Below are positions 12,722-25,920 of a DNA stretch of 64,000 nt, in pieces (positions within the stretch are counted from its first letter, which is position 1; each line of letters begins with the position of its first letter). A program made the position numbers and the translations under genes. The stretch lies in the NCBI GenBank assembly GCA_050084515.1, contig CM114271.1, forward strand, positions 44,454,001 through 44,518,000. Reading direction: 5' to 3'. The stretch comes from Blasia pusilla. Lineage: Eukaryota. The notes under the pieces were generated by a model. That model did no database searches. It saw only the letters and a list, made by a program, of their open reading frames with translations, and had not been told where the DNA came from.

Positions 12722-13536
12722 ATCCAAAGTCAGTAATTGAAAAATCTTCTCTTAAGCCGGCTTCTTTAGTTGCTGACATTGTTTCCAAAGTGCTGATTTA
12801 CGATGGACCACTCCTACGTATCGCTGCGTTCGCCCGAGCACAATTTCCAGGTGTTCAAGATCCACGATCATGTGGATCCATGCTCAGATGGGTACAACTT
12901 AGATAGTTTGTACAATTCCCCCCCGAGAATTTACATGCAAGACATTACCCCACTTCTGGGAGGAAGGGAAAAGTCGCCAGCCCTGATCCAAACGCTCATT
13001 GAGCTCTGCTCAAGGCCGGGTGACTTGGTGTTCGACTTAGTGGGACTTTCAGGGCAAGTATCAAAGGCGCTGGCAGAGTGGCACGAACATTTCTCGCCTC
13101 GAGGGAAGGCAGAATCGCTTGACCTTTGCAAGGAGGCAAAGGCAGAATACAAAAGGCTCGTTGGGGCGTACAACTCTCCACCGAAGCCGAGAGCTCCGGT
13201 TCCAGAGCCACCCTTGGTAGTGACTCCATCGTCACTTCCAACGATTCCGAAAATTGGGAGGGCAAGGCCGAAAGTAATTTTGCAAGAGCTCTCGGACGAT
13301 GACGAGTGAGTTCAAAGAACTCAATGACCCAGCTTGACTGCAGCGTTTGGAGTAGGGAGTTTTTTGATGATGAGGCAAAAGATTTCATAGAATAGATCAA
13401 ATGTATAGTTCCAAGCTTTTTTCAGATGATATAAAGCAGAAGATTTTTTGAACGATGGTGGTGCTTGTAAAAGTTTGCTCAACATTTTTTGTCTTTTCGA
13501 ATGTGATCGTCTATGTACTCCGCGGACTTCTATTTT

Positions 13537-14590
13537 GCAACCCGTCGGATTTCTCCTGCTTGCAACTTTTCACTTTTTGACCACTGTAACCTGTCGGATT
13601 TCTCCTGCTTGCAAATTTTCACTTTTTGACCACTATAACCTGTCGGATTTCTCCTGCTTGCAAATTTTCACTTTTTGACCACTGCACCCTTTTTACCACT
13701 TCCAAGAAACTTGTCGGATTCCAACAGGTTGCCTGATCGGACTCTTTCCGTGTTGGTCCAACTTAAGAGGCAGTCTGGCGGGCTTCTTCCCTTGGCACCT
13801 TCCCCTCAACTCGTAAAGGCAGGCGTAGGCTTCTTTTCTTCTCTCAGACGTGTTGGATTCCTACTACCTGTGCGATTGCTATAATGGTATTACCGGGGAC
13901 AGAGCACATATTGATACTGGATGGGTGTCACATTGCAGAGCGTACAAGGTATACTGCCGAGGAAGGCGGTGGGACTCGAATCAGGTAACATGGGACCGTT
14001 ATGGTGTACCTAGGGGGGGGCCAAGGCTCTCGAATTCGCCAATATTTTTGATCCCCGTCTACAATCAGCCAGAGGAGCCACTTGTATCCCAGGACATTCC
14101 TTTGGTACTGTCACCGAGGAGAGTTAGGAGTAAATTTGTAGATGAAGAGGTTGAAGAAATCATAGACAAGGTCAAATGTACATTTCCGAGGTTCCTTCGG
14201 AGGTAATAAAGGACGAGTTTTTTCAACCCATTATGGTGTTTGTAAAAGTTTGCTCGAATATTTTTTGGGACTTGTGGATTGTGTTCTTTTAGCTACTCAG
14301 AATTACAATTCTGCAACCCATATGATTCCGACGGGTTGCAACTTTTTGCTTTTTGCCCTTTGCAACTTTTTTTTACCATTTCGGGCAAGTCAGCCGGATT
14401 CGACAAAGTTGATCGCTTGAGTGATCGGACTCTATCCCGGTGAGACCAACTTCTGACGCATTGTGGCGGGCTTCTTAACTTTTGGCTTGTTCCCCTACAT
14501 TCACCAAACCAGTTGTAGGCTTCTTTTCTTGTCTAAGATGTGCAGGATTCCTACTACATGTCGGATTGCCATTTCGGATTCCCAACCTGT
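13537..14590. repeat. Further degenerate palindrome copies and a ~49-bp triplication
   Basis: aaccYgtcggatttctcctgcttgcaa..tttcactttttgaccact three times at 13537-13685; degenerate copies at 14313-14590. Confidence 0.75.
13850..14206 (+). pseudogene. Unknown coding segment, copy 2 (mirror of 122-385)
   Basis: Same CRGRRWDS...RSKFVDEE peptide. Confidence 0.4.
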
Positions 14591-17198
14591 TAGATCGTCG
14601 TGGGTGCAGGGTGGAAGAAAATCACTTCTAAAAATCTTTCCTTTCTTATGGTCAGCTTTCTTACGGGTTGGGAGGGGTGCAGCTTCTCGATTTCTCAGCC
14701 TTAGGATCTGATGTGTTCACATTTCACAAAGTTGGTCTTGAGCAGACACCATTCATAACCAAGTTATGAATGGTTATGGGGAAATTATGGGGCAATTTAG
14801 GGGAGGCCATGATGCAGGCAACAATTCCTGGAAAAAGAGAGGTTGGCATCCGGGTGGTCCTCCAACAAAAATACCAAGGGCACTGCTTTTTGTTGACCGA
14901 GATAGGGAATGTTAAGAAACTTAGGCTCACATGGAGAGTGATGGAAAAATGTTTGTAGTGGTCTTATGATGTCTCCTTTTTTCTCGCCCCCAAGAAAGAG
15001 GAGGTTTTTTTAGGGCCAAATATGGACCACTAAATAATCTCTTCTAAAGATTTCATGAATTTGAAAGCAAACAAAAATTTCAAATATGTCAAAAAGTTTT
15101 GAAGAGAGGAGGCGGATTTGGCCCTTTTTTTTGAAGAGAGACTCTCCTCTCTTCCTCTCTTCCTCTCCTCTCTTACTCTCTTCCCCCCTTTTGAAGTGTC
15201 ATCTGGTGAAACAGATTCCTTGCAATCTGCCAACTTGACTTTCTCCCTTTTAGCTCCCTTGTCTTTCCTCTCTTTCAATACACTTCCATCTTTCCTAGAG
15301 TTGGTCTCATTTTGCAGGGTCATAGAACCGTAACCCACTTCTGGTCTACTTCAAAATCCTATACCTATTTATTCAATTTCAAAGTTGGAGTTCACTTAAA
15401 ATGTGACTCAGCTGGTTCAATCAGAAGATCAGGCAATGATCAAGGAGTCAACCATGAGGAGCTTCATGAGATGTCATGATCTGCCATTGCACAGTAGCAA
15501 GACAACGCCATCATTTCCTGATAGAATTTCCTTATTTGTGATTCAAACACAACTTGGATAGCCATAACGAACACAACCACTCACCCGTATCATGTCCCAC
15601 AGACTCCTATCAGGGCTAGCATTGTCCTCAAAAGCTGATCTTGCATCACCATCTGGATCATTGTCAGCTGAAGGAGAGGGGAAATGATCCAAACCAAACC
15701 CATCGTATATGGCCTTCTGGACATCTTGGTCCACTTCTTGCTGCCCTTGCTTCACTAAGTGATCTGAAAACTGAGTGTATAACTTTCTTTTCATCAAAGG
15801 ACACACGATCTTTGGCTATGTTAATCTTTCCCACTACATTTGCTACTCCATCAGTGGTGTGAATCACACCATTGCTAGAATTGTGGCCTTTTACCTTTGA
15901 ATCATGGGGAGAATTCTTAGTGACACTATCTGGACTACACTGGAACGACCATGCACACGTCTCCCTCACTGAAACAGATGCAGCATGGGCAATGGTTGAG
16001 TGCTAAGTTTTCCATTTAAGATAAGGAGAAATGTTTTGTTCTTGCCTCGAGAAATGAAGAGTCATCAACTACTTACACTTAACAGACCATTATCCAGAAA
16101 ATTACCTCCATGTGGCCTTTTGTTGGTCTAGTTCGTGAAGGTCATTAACTGGTCCTAGAGGTGGAGCTGATAAAACGGGAGTACACTTCACATGAGTTAG
16201 TAAAAATATGCCATATCCTCCATATCTCGATGCTGTAACACAATTCCCAAGATGCAGATCTTCAACCAAAGCTCTATAATCTTCCCTATCTCCGTTCCTT
16301 TCAAAGGCTTCTCAATTTTAGATGGATTTCTTATTCCCTCGTTTTGCCTCCCCTCACACACACAACACTCTCGTTGTTTACATGATAAGATTTAAACATT
16401 TCACAAAGAAAACCATCACATTTCATTCAATTATTGTTTATAATTTAGTACAAGTCCCGACTATGGCTCATGATATTGATCACACTTTAACCTATCCAAG
16501 TGCACTATTCGATACCCACTTGGAGCCTTCATGAATTCATCTTATTTCAATATGTCTCTACACTACTTGTGTAAAATTAATGTGCAACACAAGGGCGGCA
16601 TTAGCATGTTACCAGCTCAAGTGTAACCTTTGTTTCAACTTCAATGGCTCTATTATTCCATCTTTTTTTTCTGATTTATAATTTACTATAGAGTTGTTTG
16701 TCTATAAACACTAATGGTGTATCCCAACTCAGGTGCGAGTTCATCTTTTCCAAGACGTTATATGTTTGTTCCTTTCAAAAATTTGGGTTTTGTGATTGCG
16801 TAAGTTTCTACTCTCAAGATTTTTTGTTTAGTACCTTTCCATTGTCTCCATTCAGATTTTCCATTATTGTGAAAGAATCTAACTTCAGAGAGTCAATATA
16901 GTTTTTTCTTTGAATCCTCCACTTATGCGCTGCAACCTCACTATGCAAGACAAAACCTATACATCTGCTACCAAAAATACTTCAGGCTTAAGACATTTAC
17001 ACAGAAAAAGAATTAAACGTAATATTCTGGGCCACTCCATTCTGAATAAAAAACCGTTTACAAAAATGTAGATTACATGCCCATGACTACATTACAGCAA
17101 AAGGTAAGGTTTTATGCAAACCAATCGATTATCATTGGCCTCATTCCTACGTACTTCTATCCAAATGGCAATCCATCTGCAGTCTTTTTATAACAAAC

Positions 17199-20100
17199 AT
17201 GCAATGTTGCGGTTGCTGTGGCTCTGTACTGTATTGCACACCACCCACTAGAATGTACTTAGTTAAATCTGACCACTACCCACCATACGCTCTATGCAAT
17301 GGCTTCCTCAAACCTTATAGTATTCCAACTCCTAGCGAGTTCTATGCATGCGATCTGTGCACAACTTCTGAGCTACCTACCATGTTAAATGTGTACATGA
17401 GACTAGCTTACATCAGAGAAATACTAGCTTCAAACCCCCTCCAACTTCAACTACTATCCATTGTTGATTCAAGAATTGGAACCGTTTAAAAATTCAATGG
17501 ATTTCACAAAGGATTCTTTCGGCCAACATCCCTTTTAGACTCCCCCCTCGTGGCCTAGAATATGTCCATTCCATAAAAACCCACCCTAAAATCTAAGTAG
17601 GACAACGTGAGTAATGTCCTTGCGACTAACTTAGCTATAAATAATTTATATAGGGATTAGAAGTGCTTACTAGAACTTCCCAACCCTTCAACGGGACTTG
17701 TAGTACTTCCAGCAAATTTTGTTTCATCAATTTTGAAAAAGAGCCGACAGAAAGGACAAATAACTCACAACATATCCTTTAATCCTTATCAACTAGAACT
17801 TAATGTATAACAAGATGTCACGTACTCTCTCCCAGTTCAGCGTGGCCATTCATACGATATATTTGATAATGGGAGTGTATTCCTTCAAAGGCAAGCCTTC
17901 TCTAGAGAATCATTCTTAACTGACTCATCAGGAAATTCAGTAGACAAAAGATGACAAATTGAAATAGATATCTTTCCCTTCCTCTTCCTATATCTCATCG
18001 GATATTTTCAATGTTCCCTATCTTTCTCCGACTACAATAGGCAACGCTCTAAACAACTCTTTAGTGCTTTCTCCCTATACAAACCTTACTCCCTTGTCAC
18101 GCATCAACTATGTCAATTGATTTCACTATGCTCTTCCTCAAGCTCATTCATACTAAATAGAGACCTAGATAAACTAAGACGTGACAAGCCAGACTTACCA
18201 GAGGAAGACTTGTACCGTGAGCTGCCTAGACATTCACTGAGTCCGCAAATCCCAAGTACCCTTGGTTGGCATAGAAAACATATTAAAGATATTAAATCAA
18301 TGGTCCAAAAGTGGGGCATGCCTCACTTTTTCCTTACACTTACATCTGATGAAGTCTCTTCAACAAAGTGGCCAAAAATAGATGCAATTGAAAAAGTCCT
18401 CCATACATTTAACCCCAAGTTTACTTGGCGAGACGCACCTGCTGAATGCACACAACTATCTCATATTAGGCTTCATACATTCCTATCTTAGTTCATATTT
18501 TCAGGCCCACAAATTATGGGCAAGGTACAAGACTACATTCTCAGATATGAAGTGCAAGGTAGGGGTAGTCTTCATTGCCATATGATTTTTTGGATAGATA
18601 TTGTAGACGTAGATCGCATTGCATTACAAATTTGTGCCTATCTACCTAACCCACCTACACGACATCCACAGACTTGCAACACAAATCTTGAATCTGATCC
18701 TCATTCATTAATGTATACCTATGTCACAACAAAACAACTCCACATTTTTAAAGAAAGTGGGTGTATTGTCAAGAAAAAGTCACAACATTCATATTGCAGA
18801 CTTGGCTTTCCACATGATGTAAGTCTCCGGAAATTCCCCTTCATTCACCCTCATACTAACATGTGGACATACTTCAGACCATTTAATATTCATAGAAATG
18901 TCATTCCATACCATCCCCTCGTTCTTCTCTTTGTGGGGAGCACATATGAATCTCCAACGGGTTACATACACTGAGTGGTCTTTTTACCTCATCAAATATG
19001 CACTTAAATCAGAGCCTACAGGTTCTTTGGATATTAACACACAAACAACACGTTGTCTAGGGCTAGATAGTTTAGATGAAGTTAAGCTTAAACTTATTTC
19101 AGGCATTGTCTTAAATCATTTTGTATCATCTACAGAAGCTTCTCTAATGTCCTCACAAATTCCCATCATATTCAGACCCCTGTCTGTGAAATACATTGAC
19201 TCTAATCCGTCATCCAGAAGGACAACCTCCATTCACCGTGTTCTAATATATTGCAGTAAACCAGAATCTCTTGAATTAGAAACATTTGTCCACTATTGGT
19301 CAAATTATACTACTCTTAGGAAAACTAAACAAAAACTTCCAACCTCAGCAATTGGCATGGATTTGTTGACATGAATATTTTCTCCAAAACATCCATACTT
19401 GTTCGTTTTACATAATTCTATCCACTCTATCAATGGAATGAATTCTTCTACACTCAACTTCTTCAACACGTTCCTTTTAGATCGGACAATGATCTCATGT
19501 CCTCTCATTCACAACATTGGACATACCTCCATGAGTGCCTTTTGTGTGGCATCATCAGTGACATGGCATCCATAGATACAATTATAAACACCCATGCTAC
19601 TCTAAACCTTTGGAGTAAAACACACACAACATAAAATTTAGCTAAGGCAGCATATATTCTCAAGCCATTACTTGATGATAGACCTATGGATACTATGATA
19701 CGATCAAACACAATATTTTCACATACTACTAATTAGACACAAGAACCATTCAGTGTAGATACTACAAAATTGAATCATGAGCAGCAACAATTATTCCACA
19801 AATTCAAATCCAAGTTCTCTCGTCTAATTCTCCTACAAGGCTGCGTTTTAGGGTTTAGGGTTTAGGGTTTAGGATATTAAGATATTATTCATCAATTTTA
19901 TTGTCATTATCGGACTTCCTTAAACTTGCATGTCCTTCTAGCAGCTACCATAGGCATTGTTGCTGTTAGATTACATTCTCAGGCATCTATAGTCCACTCT
20001 GCATTTTGCATACCTATCCGTGGTGAAGTTCCTTACATGCATGCAACTTCTGAGGCAAGTATGAAGTTGAGAGAATCTAAAGTGATTATTATAGATGAGT

Positions 20101-21063
20101 GTTCAGTGTTGACACCACAATTGTTGCAAATAATAGCGATGAGATCAAATGAAATAGCACTTATATAGTATGTGATCCATTTGGAGGAAGGTTAGTAGTT
20201 TCAGTTGGTGACTTATCTTAGTTACATGCTGTTTGTAAACATAAGACAAACACTATGTGTTCATCTTGTCATGTACTTTCTTCATAATTGATGTACTTAG
20301 TAGAGAAGTATGAGCTTCACACATCTATCAGACATTCCAGGGACCCTCACTATTCACAATTTTTGAATGAAATCAGACAAAGACTCCCTTCCTCCCAACA
20401 AATTCATGAGTCTCTTGGCTGCTTTGTAATTGAGAATGAGGCAATTGATTTCCTTACTGAAGACACAACCATTATTTGCTCTCATAGCTCAAACGTTAGA
20501 ATATTTAATTCATTGTGCTTGAGCCATTTTTTGGAGAGGCTTCTATTCTCAGTACAGATCTACTCACAAATGCTCCGCATTCCCTAGAACTAAAATCATG
20601 GTTGCTTGATCCAGACTTCCATCAATTACCTTCTTTTGCCATTGGTTCAAAGGTTATGCTCACGTCCAATATTAATCTAAAAGTGCACGCTGCCAATGGT
20701 TCTCATGGTGTTATTGAAGATGTACACTATAAGGATGGCATCTTAAACTCTATAGTAGTTAAAACTACTACGTCTAGTCATACATTATCTGTAACGAGAA
20801 AATATTTTAGCTCCTTGAGATATGGTTCAGATAGGAAGTATTACAAAAAAACCTTTCCACTTACCTTGGGTTATGCCATGACATGCCACAAGAGCCAAGG
20901 CCTTACAATTAAAGGTAGATGTCTGCTAGTGGTTAAATCTCCTTTTGCACCTGGTTTAGTGTATGTAATGCTCTACAGGTCTCAAAGCAGAGATCAGATC
21001 AGAATTCTTGGCGATTTAGCTCCTTCTGATTTTATCACATTTGGTCAAGATTCACACTCATGA
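17199..21063 (+). mobile_element. Helitron Rep/PIF1-helicase pseudogene
   Basis: Rep motifs GMPHFFLTLT, YEVQGRGSLHCHMIFW, CRLGFP, GAHMNLQRV, YLIKYALK; helicase motifs LAATIGIVA, IIIDECS, FPLTLGYAMTCHKSQGLT, PGLVYVML; stops and frameshifts. Element ends not identified. Confidence 0.92.
19847..19873 (+). repeat. Interstitial telomeric repeat (TTTAGGG)x3 + TTTAGG
   Basis: tttagggtttagggtttagggtttagg read directly. Confidence 0.9.
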
Positions 21064-21863
21064 AGATATCTGCAATCTTCCTAACATTATGATTCCAGAA
21101 TGGCATCTCACGATTCGTCGAGGTCAAAAGGAAAGTGAAAATCAACCTCTTCCACTTTGAACCTCACTTACATGCAGCAAGTACACCAAACACAAGGCTT
21201 TACAGCAAACACAAGTGACTCAGTTGCACTTCCTGTTCGTCCACCATCACCAGAGGCAACCAATTATCAGGCAATTCAGCGTATATCATTACCACTTCTT
21301 GTGCCACATAAATACTAAATGCTTATACTAACACTTCTACCGACCCCAATGAACTACATGGACTTTGCCAACATGATTCTGCACGACATTCAGAAAATAA
21401 CAGAAACATATGCACCAAAGTACACTCAATCCACGGAGAATCAGAGGAGGTTTTGTGACAACTTGGGCCTCTGTCGAGCCTTTTGGGAAAATGGCATAAC
21501 TAAACGTCAGATACACGAAATCATCACACAAGGCAAGAATTGGGATGAGAAATTCCGTCTCCACAACAAAGATGCACCAGAAACTAGTGAGTTCACTCCT
21601 AAACTCCACTTTTCCAACAGATGTTTTACAACTTTCAAAGCATATTGTTTATCCATTCTTACTTATTTTTCCTTTGTACACTTTTCAGGAATTTAGAAAG
21701 AGGCTCTCCTCCACAAAAAAGTTGAATTTAATGAGACTACCCCTTACACAATCTCATGAAAATAGGCTATTTTCCATAGCCTCTTCAGGCATAAGGCTAG
21801 ATTAGCTGCGCACTTTGCGCCAGTTTCATTTGCCTTTAGCTATGGTTATAGACTTCACATCCT

Positions 21864-22369
21864 TGTCACGTCTTTTAGGATAGATCGGTGAGATCTAGTA
21901 GAGCGCCTTTGTGAGTAGTGGAGGAGATGCTCAATAAGTCGAGGATGACCAACTGAGGCCCCAGGAAACGCGAGAGAGCAGGTTTCCCCTTCGTTTCAAC
22001 TTATTTAGAGCCAATTGAGGAACTTACTATTTTAGGTAAGTACCATTTTGAGTATATGATCAACTTTATATTTTTGTTAAGTGGCCATTGACCTCTTACA
22101 TCAGGTCAAGAGCCAAGGAGGTGACTTGGGAGCATAGGTTTCCATGGAGAGGGGAGGGGTATACCTCAAGGAGAGAGAGAGCTCGAGAGATCATTCTCTC
22201 TTTGTTGAACGTCTTGGCATGAGGCGGCGGAGCTATGGTCTTGCTTACCTTGTGTGTGTAATCCAAGCCTCTCATTTGGAGAATGGGTTTGGTTTGACAT
22301 TGAGAGAGACATGTGAAAGTGCACATATTTTGAGAGCTATCGTGTTGAGAGAGATTGGATCTTATTTTA
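21864..22369 (+). repeat. Terminal repeat A1
   Basis: Matches 30913-31272 (partly deleted there) and the rc of 58937-59449 over its length. Confidence 0.9.
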
Positions 22370-24104
22370 CAAAGAGAGGATGAATGAGTGAGAGAGTTTC
22401 ATGGGGGAGCTCGCTGTTTGCTTGATGTTTGGTGTAGGTTGGGAGACCGTGTTCCCTGCTTCATGGCTCATGGGAGTGCTCACCGAAGCAAGAGTCGTGT
22501 GAGTTTGTTGTTTTGCTTTGCTATTTTTTTGTACAGGAGAGTGCCAATCGGAAGCGCTGCCCAATTTTGGATAGGAATTGAGTATGGGGGCGGATTGCTC
22601 CATGCCAATGCTCTCGGGAGCACCATGTAGCTTGCTGATTTGTGTTCTCACAGGTTTTATATTTTTGTTGGGAGAAATCAGTGCAAAAGTGCTGCCAAAT
22701 TTTTTGTAGGAGAAAGAGACGGTGGGCTTTACAAAAATCCCCGTCAATTTTATAGACCGTGCATGCTGTGCAAGTTGTGCAAGAAACGGTGCACAATTTG
22801 GAGTTGTGAGCAAAAAGTTATAGTCAATCTTGCAAAACTGCCATTGCTAGGCAATTTTTAGGGTTAAATTGTTCAAACCCGCCGCCGCGCCGGCGGCGGC
22901 CGTCGCCTTCATAGTCATAATCAATGGTCTGCCATCAATGGTCAACCTTCATTGTCGATGGTCAACTGTCATCGTCAATGGTCCATCGTGCACCGTCCAC
23001 CATCCACCGTCGGCCGCCTCTGCCGCTTAGCGCTGCTCAGAGCCGCGTTTGGCCATTGTCCACCCTTGGTTGCCATTGCCGCCATTACGGAGTGGAGGGT
23101 CTTCCACGACGATCGTTGATTCTTTGACTTGCGCCGCTATCACGTACTTTGTTTGGCCGCCACCGTCATCATAATTTTTTCATCAACCAATGATGGCAGA
23201 TGACCTCGGGTTATGATGTTTGAGTTTTCATTTCATGCTGCTATATTGTGATTGGTAGCGGCTTGACGACAATCGAGTACCGTGCCGTGCTTGGTATTGT
23301 GATACCCGTAGCCACAACGCGTCGCCAATTTTTGCGCCGTTCCGCTCATGGCCACACCGCATCGTCTGAATCGCGGAGCCACTCCTTCACTAAGGATAAG
23401 AGCGTGTGAATTGCTGATTGAGGAGGGTATCTTGTCGAGTGCCACACCCCATTCTCGAGTTCCGTGCCATTTGTAGCCATTCGGTACCTCCCGTGCCACA
23501 CTAGACCGCTAGACCTGCAATGCACATCTAGAAGGTTAGAGCAGCGTCAGTATGAGAGGAGTACACCTTGCTGATTGGAGGAGTTGGCTTCAGGACCGAG
23601 TTGGGGTCGAGATTTGCAGTTGCCAATCGAGGAGTGACATCGACATTATTGTCAAGTTATCCATCAGGTCTCTTATCCTACACGTGTGAGGGATTTCCGG
23701 GTATTAGAATATTATTTGGGATATTGGGTTTTGTGCTGATGCTGAGAGCATCGATGAAATATGGGTTTAGGGGACATAGACCTGTGTGGGATGTATAGAG
23801 TTGAGGATGGTTTGTCGATGAGACGATGGATCAGTTGATTTGCCGTACCACGCTGCTTGTTGCAGCACAACACACGTCTCAATAAGAGAGTGTAGATTGA
23901 GTGCCGCATGTTTAGTTCTAGTCATTGAGGGATTACTTGCAAGATTGAGGGTGATTGTGTGAGAGGGGCACGAGGGCCATCACGGCATCATTTTGGGATT
24001 TTGAGAGGCGAGGTAGTGGACCTGAGAGTAGCTCCGGAGGGTTTACCTGAAGTGGTGCGAGGTTTCAAGGGTCTCCACGTGAGAGACCTTCTCGATCTCC
24101 TTTT

Positions 24105-25920
24105 GTGTCGTCTTCAGACGAGGGGGAGCCTATAGAGGAGTGTGTTAGTGATCCATTGTACACATTGAGTGGTCCTACTAGTTGGGTGTACGAGATGGAC
24201 GACCGGGATAGAGGACCGCGTCGATTTTCAGATGTTGTAGGCACCATAGAGCTACACGACTTCATTATAGAGTTTAGGAGTTGGTGTGACTCACAGCGTG
24301 CTAGGAACTCTAGAGAGTTCAACACGTTTACAATATGGAATGGTATGTTCCAACATTTAGAAGGGACGCCCATGGACGATTACCATGAGTTCTCCCACAG
24401 ATATGCCCAGGAGATTGAAGCATGGTGACTCTACTATGACCCACACTATGTATCATGGACGGAGCCGTTCTTAGATGAGGAGGAGGAGTTAGGAGAGGCT
24501 ACTTCCTCTTCCACAAGTGATATTTTAGGAGGGGTCACTCGCACTGGAAAAATTGCACCGTCTAGGCGGGTTCGTCCCAAGTTCAACCCCGTGGTTGAGT
24601 TCTTTGTTGAGTTGAGGGCGAGCTATCAAGGGGTACGGATGGAGAAATTTCGAAGTAGCTAGTCCGGGTGGGCCTAGAGATCATGCACCAGGTGGTCCAG
24701 TTGGGGGACGAGGAGTTGGAGTTTCCCGACATGATGGTGGAGCTGCTCGTGGAAGAGGTAGAGTCCCACCACCTAGACGTGTCGAGGGAGACGCCGGACG
24801 TGAGGCTGGGATGGCTGCTTAGATACAGTAGCTACAGGAGCAGATTTCCGCTATGGCATTGAGGTTACCCGATGCCACATCTATGGCATCGACATCATAT
24901 GGAGCAACCACAGATATGGAGGATCGTGGTTGGATGTGCGGGGTTGCCCAGATGGAGGCCGCCGCAATTTTGACGCGTGGAGAAGCCGTAGAGTTGGATC
25001 CATAGCGAGGGAAAGCCAGGAAACAGACCAAGCTTCCTTGGTTTTTCACGTTGTCCAAGGCAATGAGGACCCCATCGATGGGTCGTGATCAGAGTTCCTG
25101 GAGAGTTGGTGATGTTGTTGGTGTGCAGGCATAGAGGATGATGGGAGAAGCGAGTGCAACAACTCCTATTGCCGATGCTCATGAGGGGCATGTGTCGAGC
25201 ACATTGTTGGGGGTGGCCATCATTGTGTACCGCGCTCTTTTATTTTCTGCTTCCGATGTTATGACGTCGGGAGGTATGCCCGTCGAGGTTTTTTGGCTAG
25301 CCGCTACGCTATATGAGCGTGGAGTTGGAGTTCTTGCATAACGTTCATAGGTGATTGTAGAGGAGGTGATGGATCTGCCCTTGGAGCGGATGCTCAGGTT
25401 GTCCACGTCATATTTATGGCAGGCTGCGACTGCTAGAATGGCGGAGATGCTCGATAGATATGCGATAGAGCGTGCCATGGCTTCTAGTGTTGTGTCATTG
25501 GAAAACCGGGGAGAGATCTTCCAGACGGTGAATCCTAGAGGTAGAGATTTTAGTCCGCAGCGCGTCTTGTTGGATTGAGGAGCGCAACCCCTGATATTGG
25601 GAAAAAACGTCATTTAGAGGATTGGGCTTGACGAGAGCTGATGTGGAGCGTTGTCCATTCCGGATACAGACATCCTTGGATAGAGCGAGTACCACACAGT
25701 ATATCACTTGACATGAGGTTGTGGTGAGGATTCGCCCGGGACATCATACAGATGAGTCCGTGGTGCGAGCCAAGGGGATAGTGACTGATGTAGAGTCCTA
25801 TGACGTCTTGGTTGGTGGAGCAGTGCTATACCCAATGGGGTTTTCCCTGGATTAATGGGAGGAGTCAACATCCTATAGACCAATAGGGCGCCTTATCTCA
25901 TTACCCATTCGATTCACAGG
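24105..25920 (+). pseudogene. gag and aspartic protease remnants
   Basis: Gag-like ORF 24105-24428, RGG-rich stretch, protease motif RVLLD*GAQPLILG at ~25560 (intact VLLDSGAQP in the 50.5-kb copy). Confidence 0.7.

Larger units (their letters stand above)
9116..13330 (+). pseudogene. ParB/Srx-like + beta-class amino-methyltransferase gene, copy 2 (5'-truncated, many frameshifts)
   Basis: IWDGNHRFMAW (ORF 9116-9580); LLIADLPSG near 12043-12070; GGREKSPALIQTLIELCSRPGDLVFDLVGLSG (ORF 12803-13309). Confidence 0.7.
8715..14290 (+). repeat. Right arm of the inverted duplication, lacking the equivalent of ~4853-6428
   Basis: At ~9113 'aacattgtcgaag' (rc of ~6428-6440) joins directly to 'agatggcactcatggagggcca' (rc of ~4831-4852). 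Confidence 0.95.

Noticed and set aside
1-14290. Arms as ordinary terminal inverted repeats of one transposon
   Set aside because: The arms contain whole genes and the transposase tail, which fits a rearrangement better; the outer ends are not visible, so not fully excluded.
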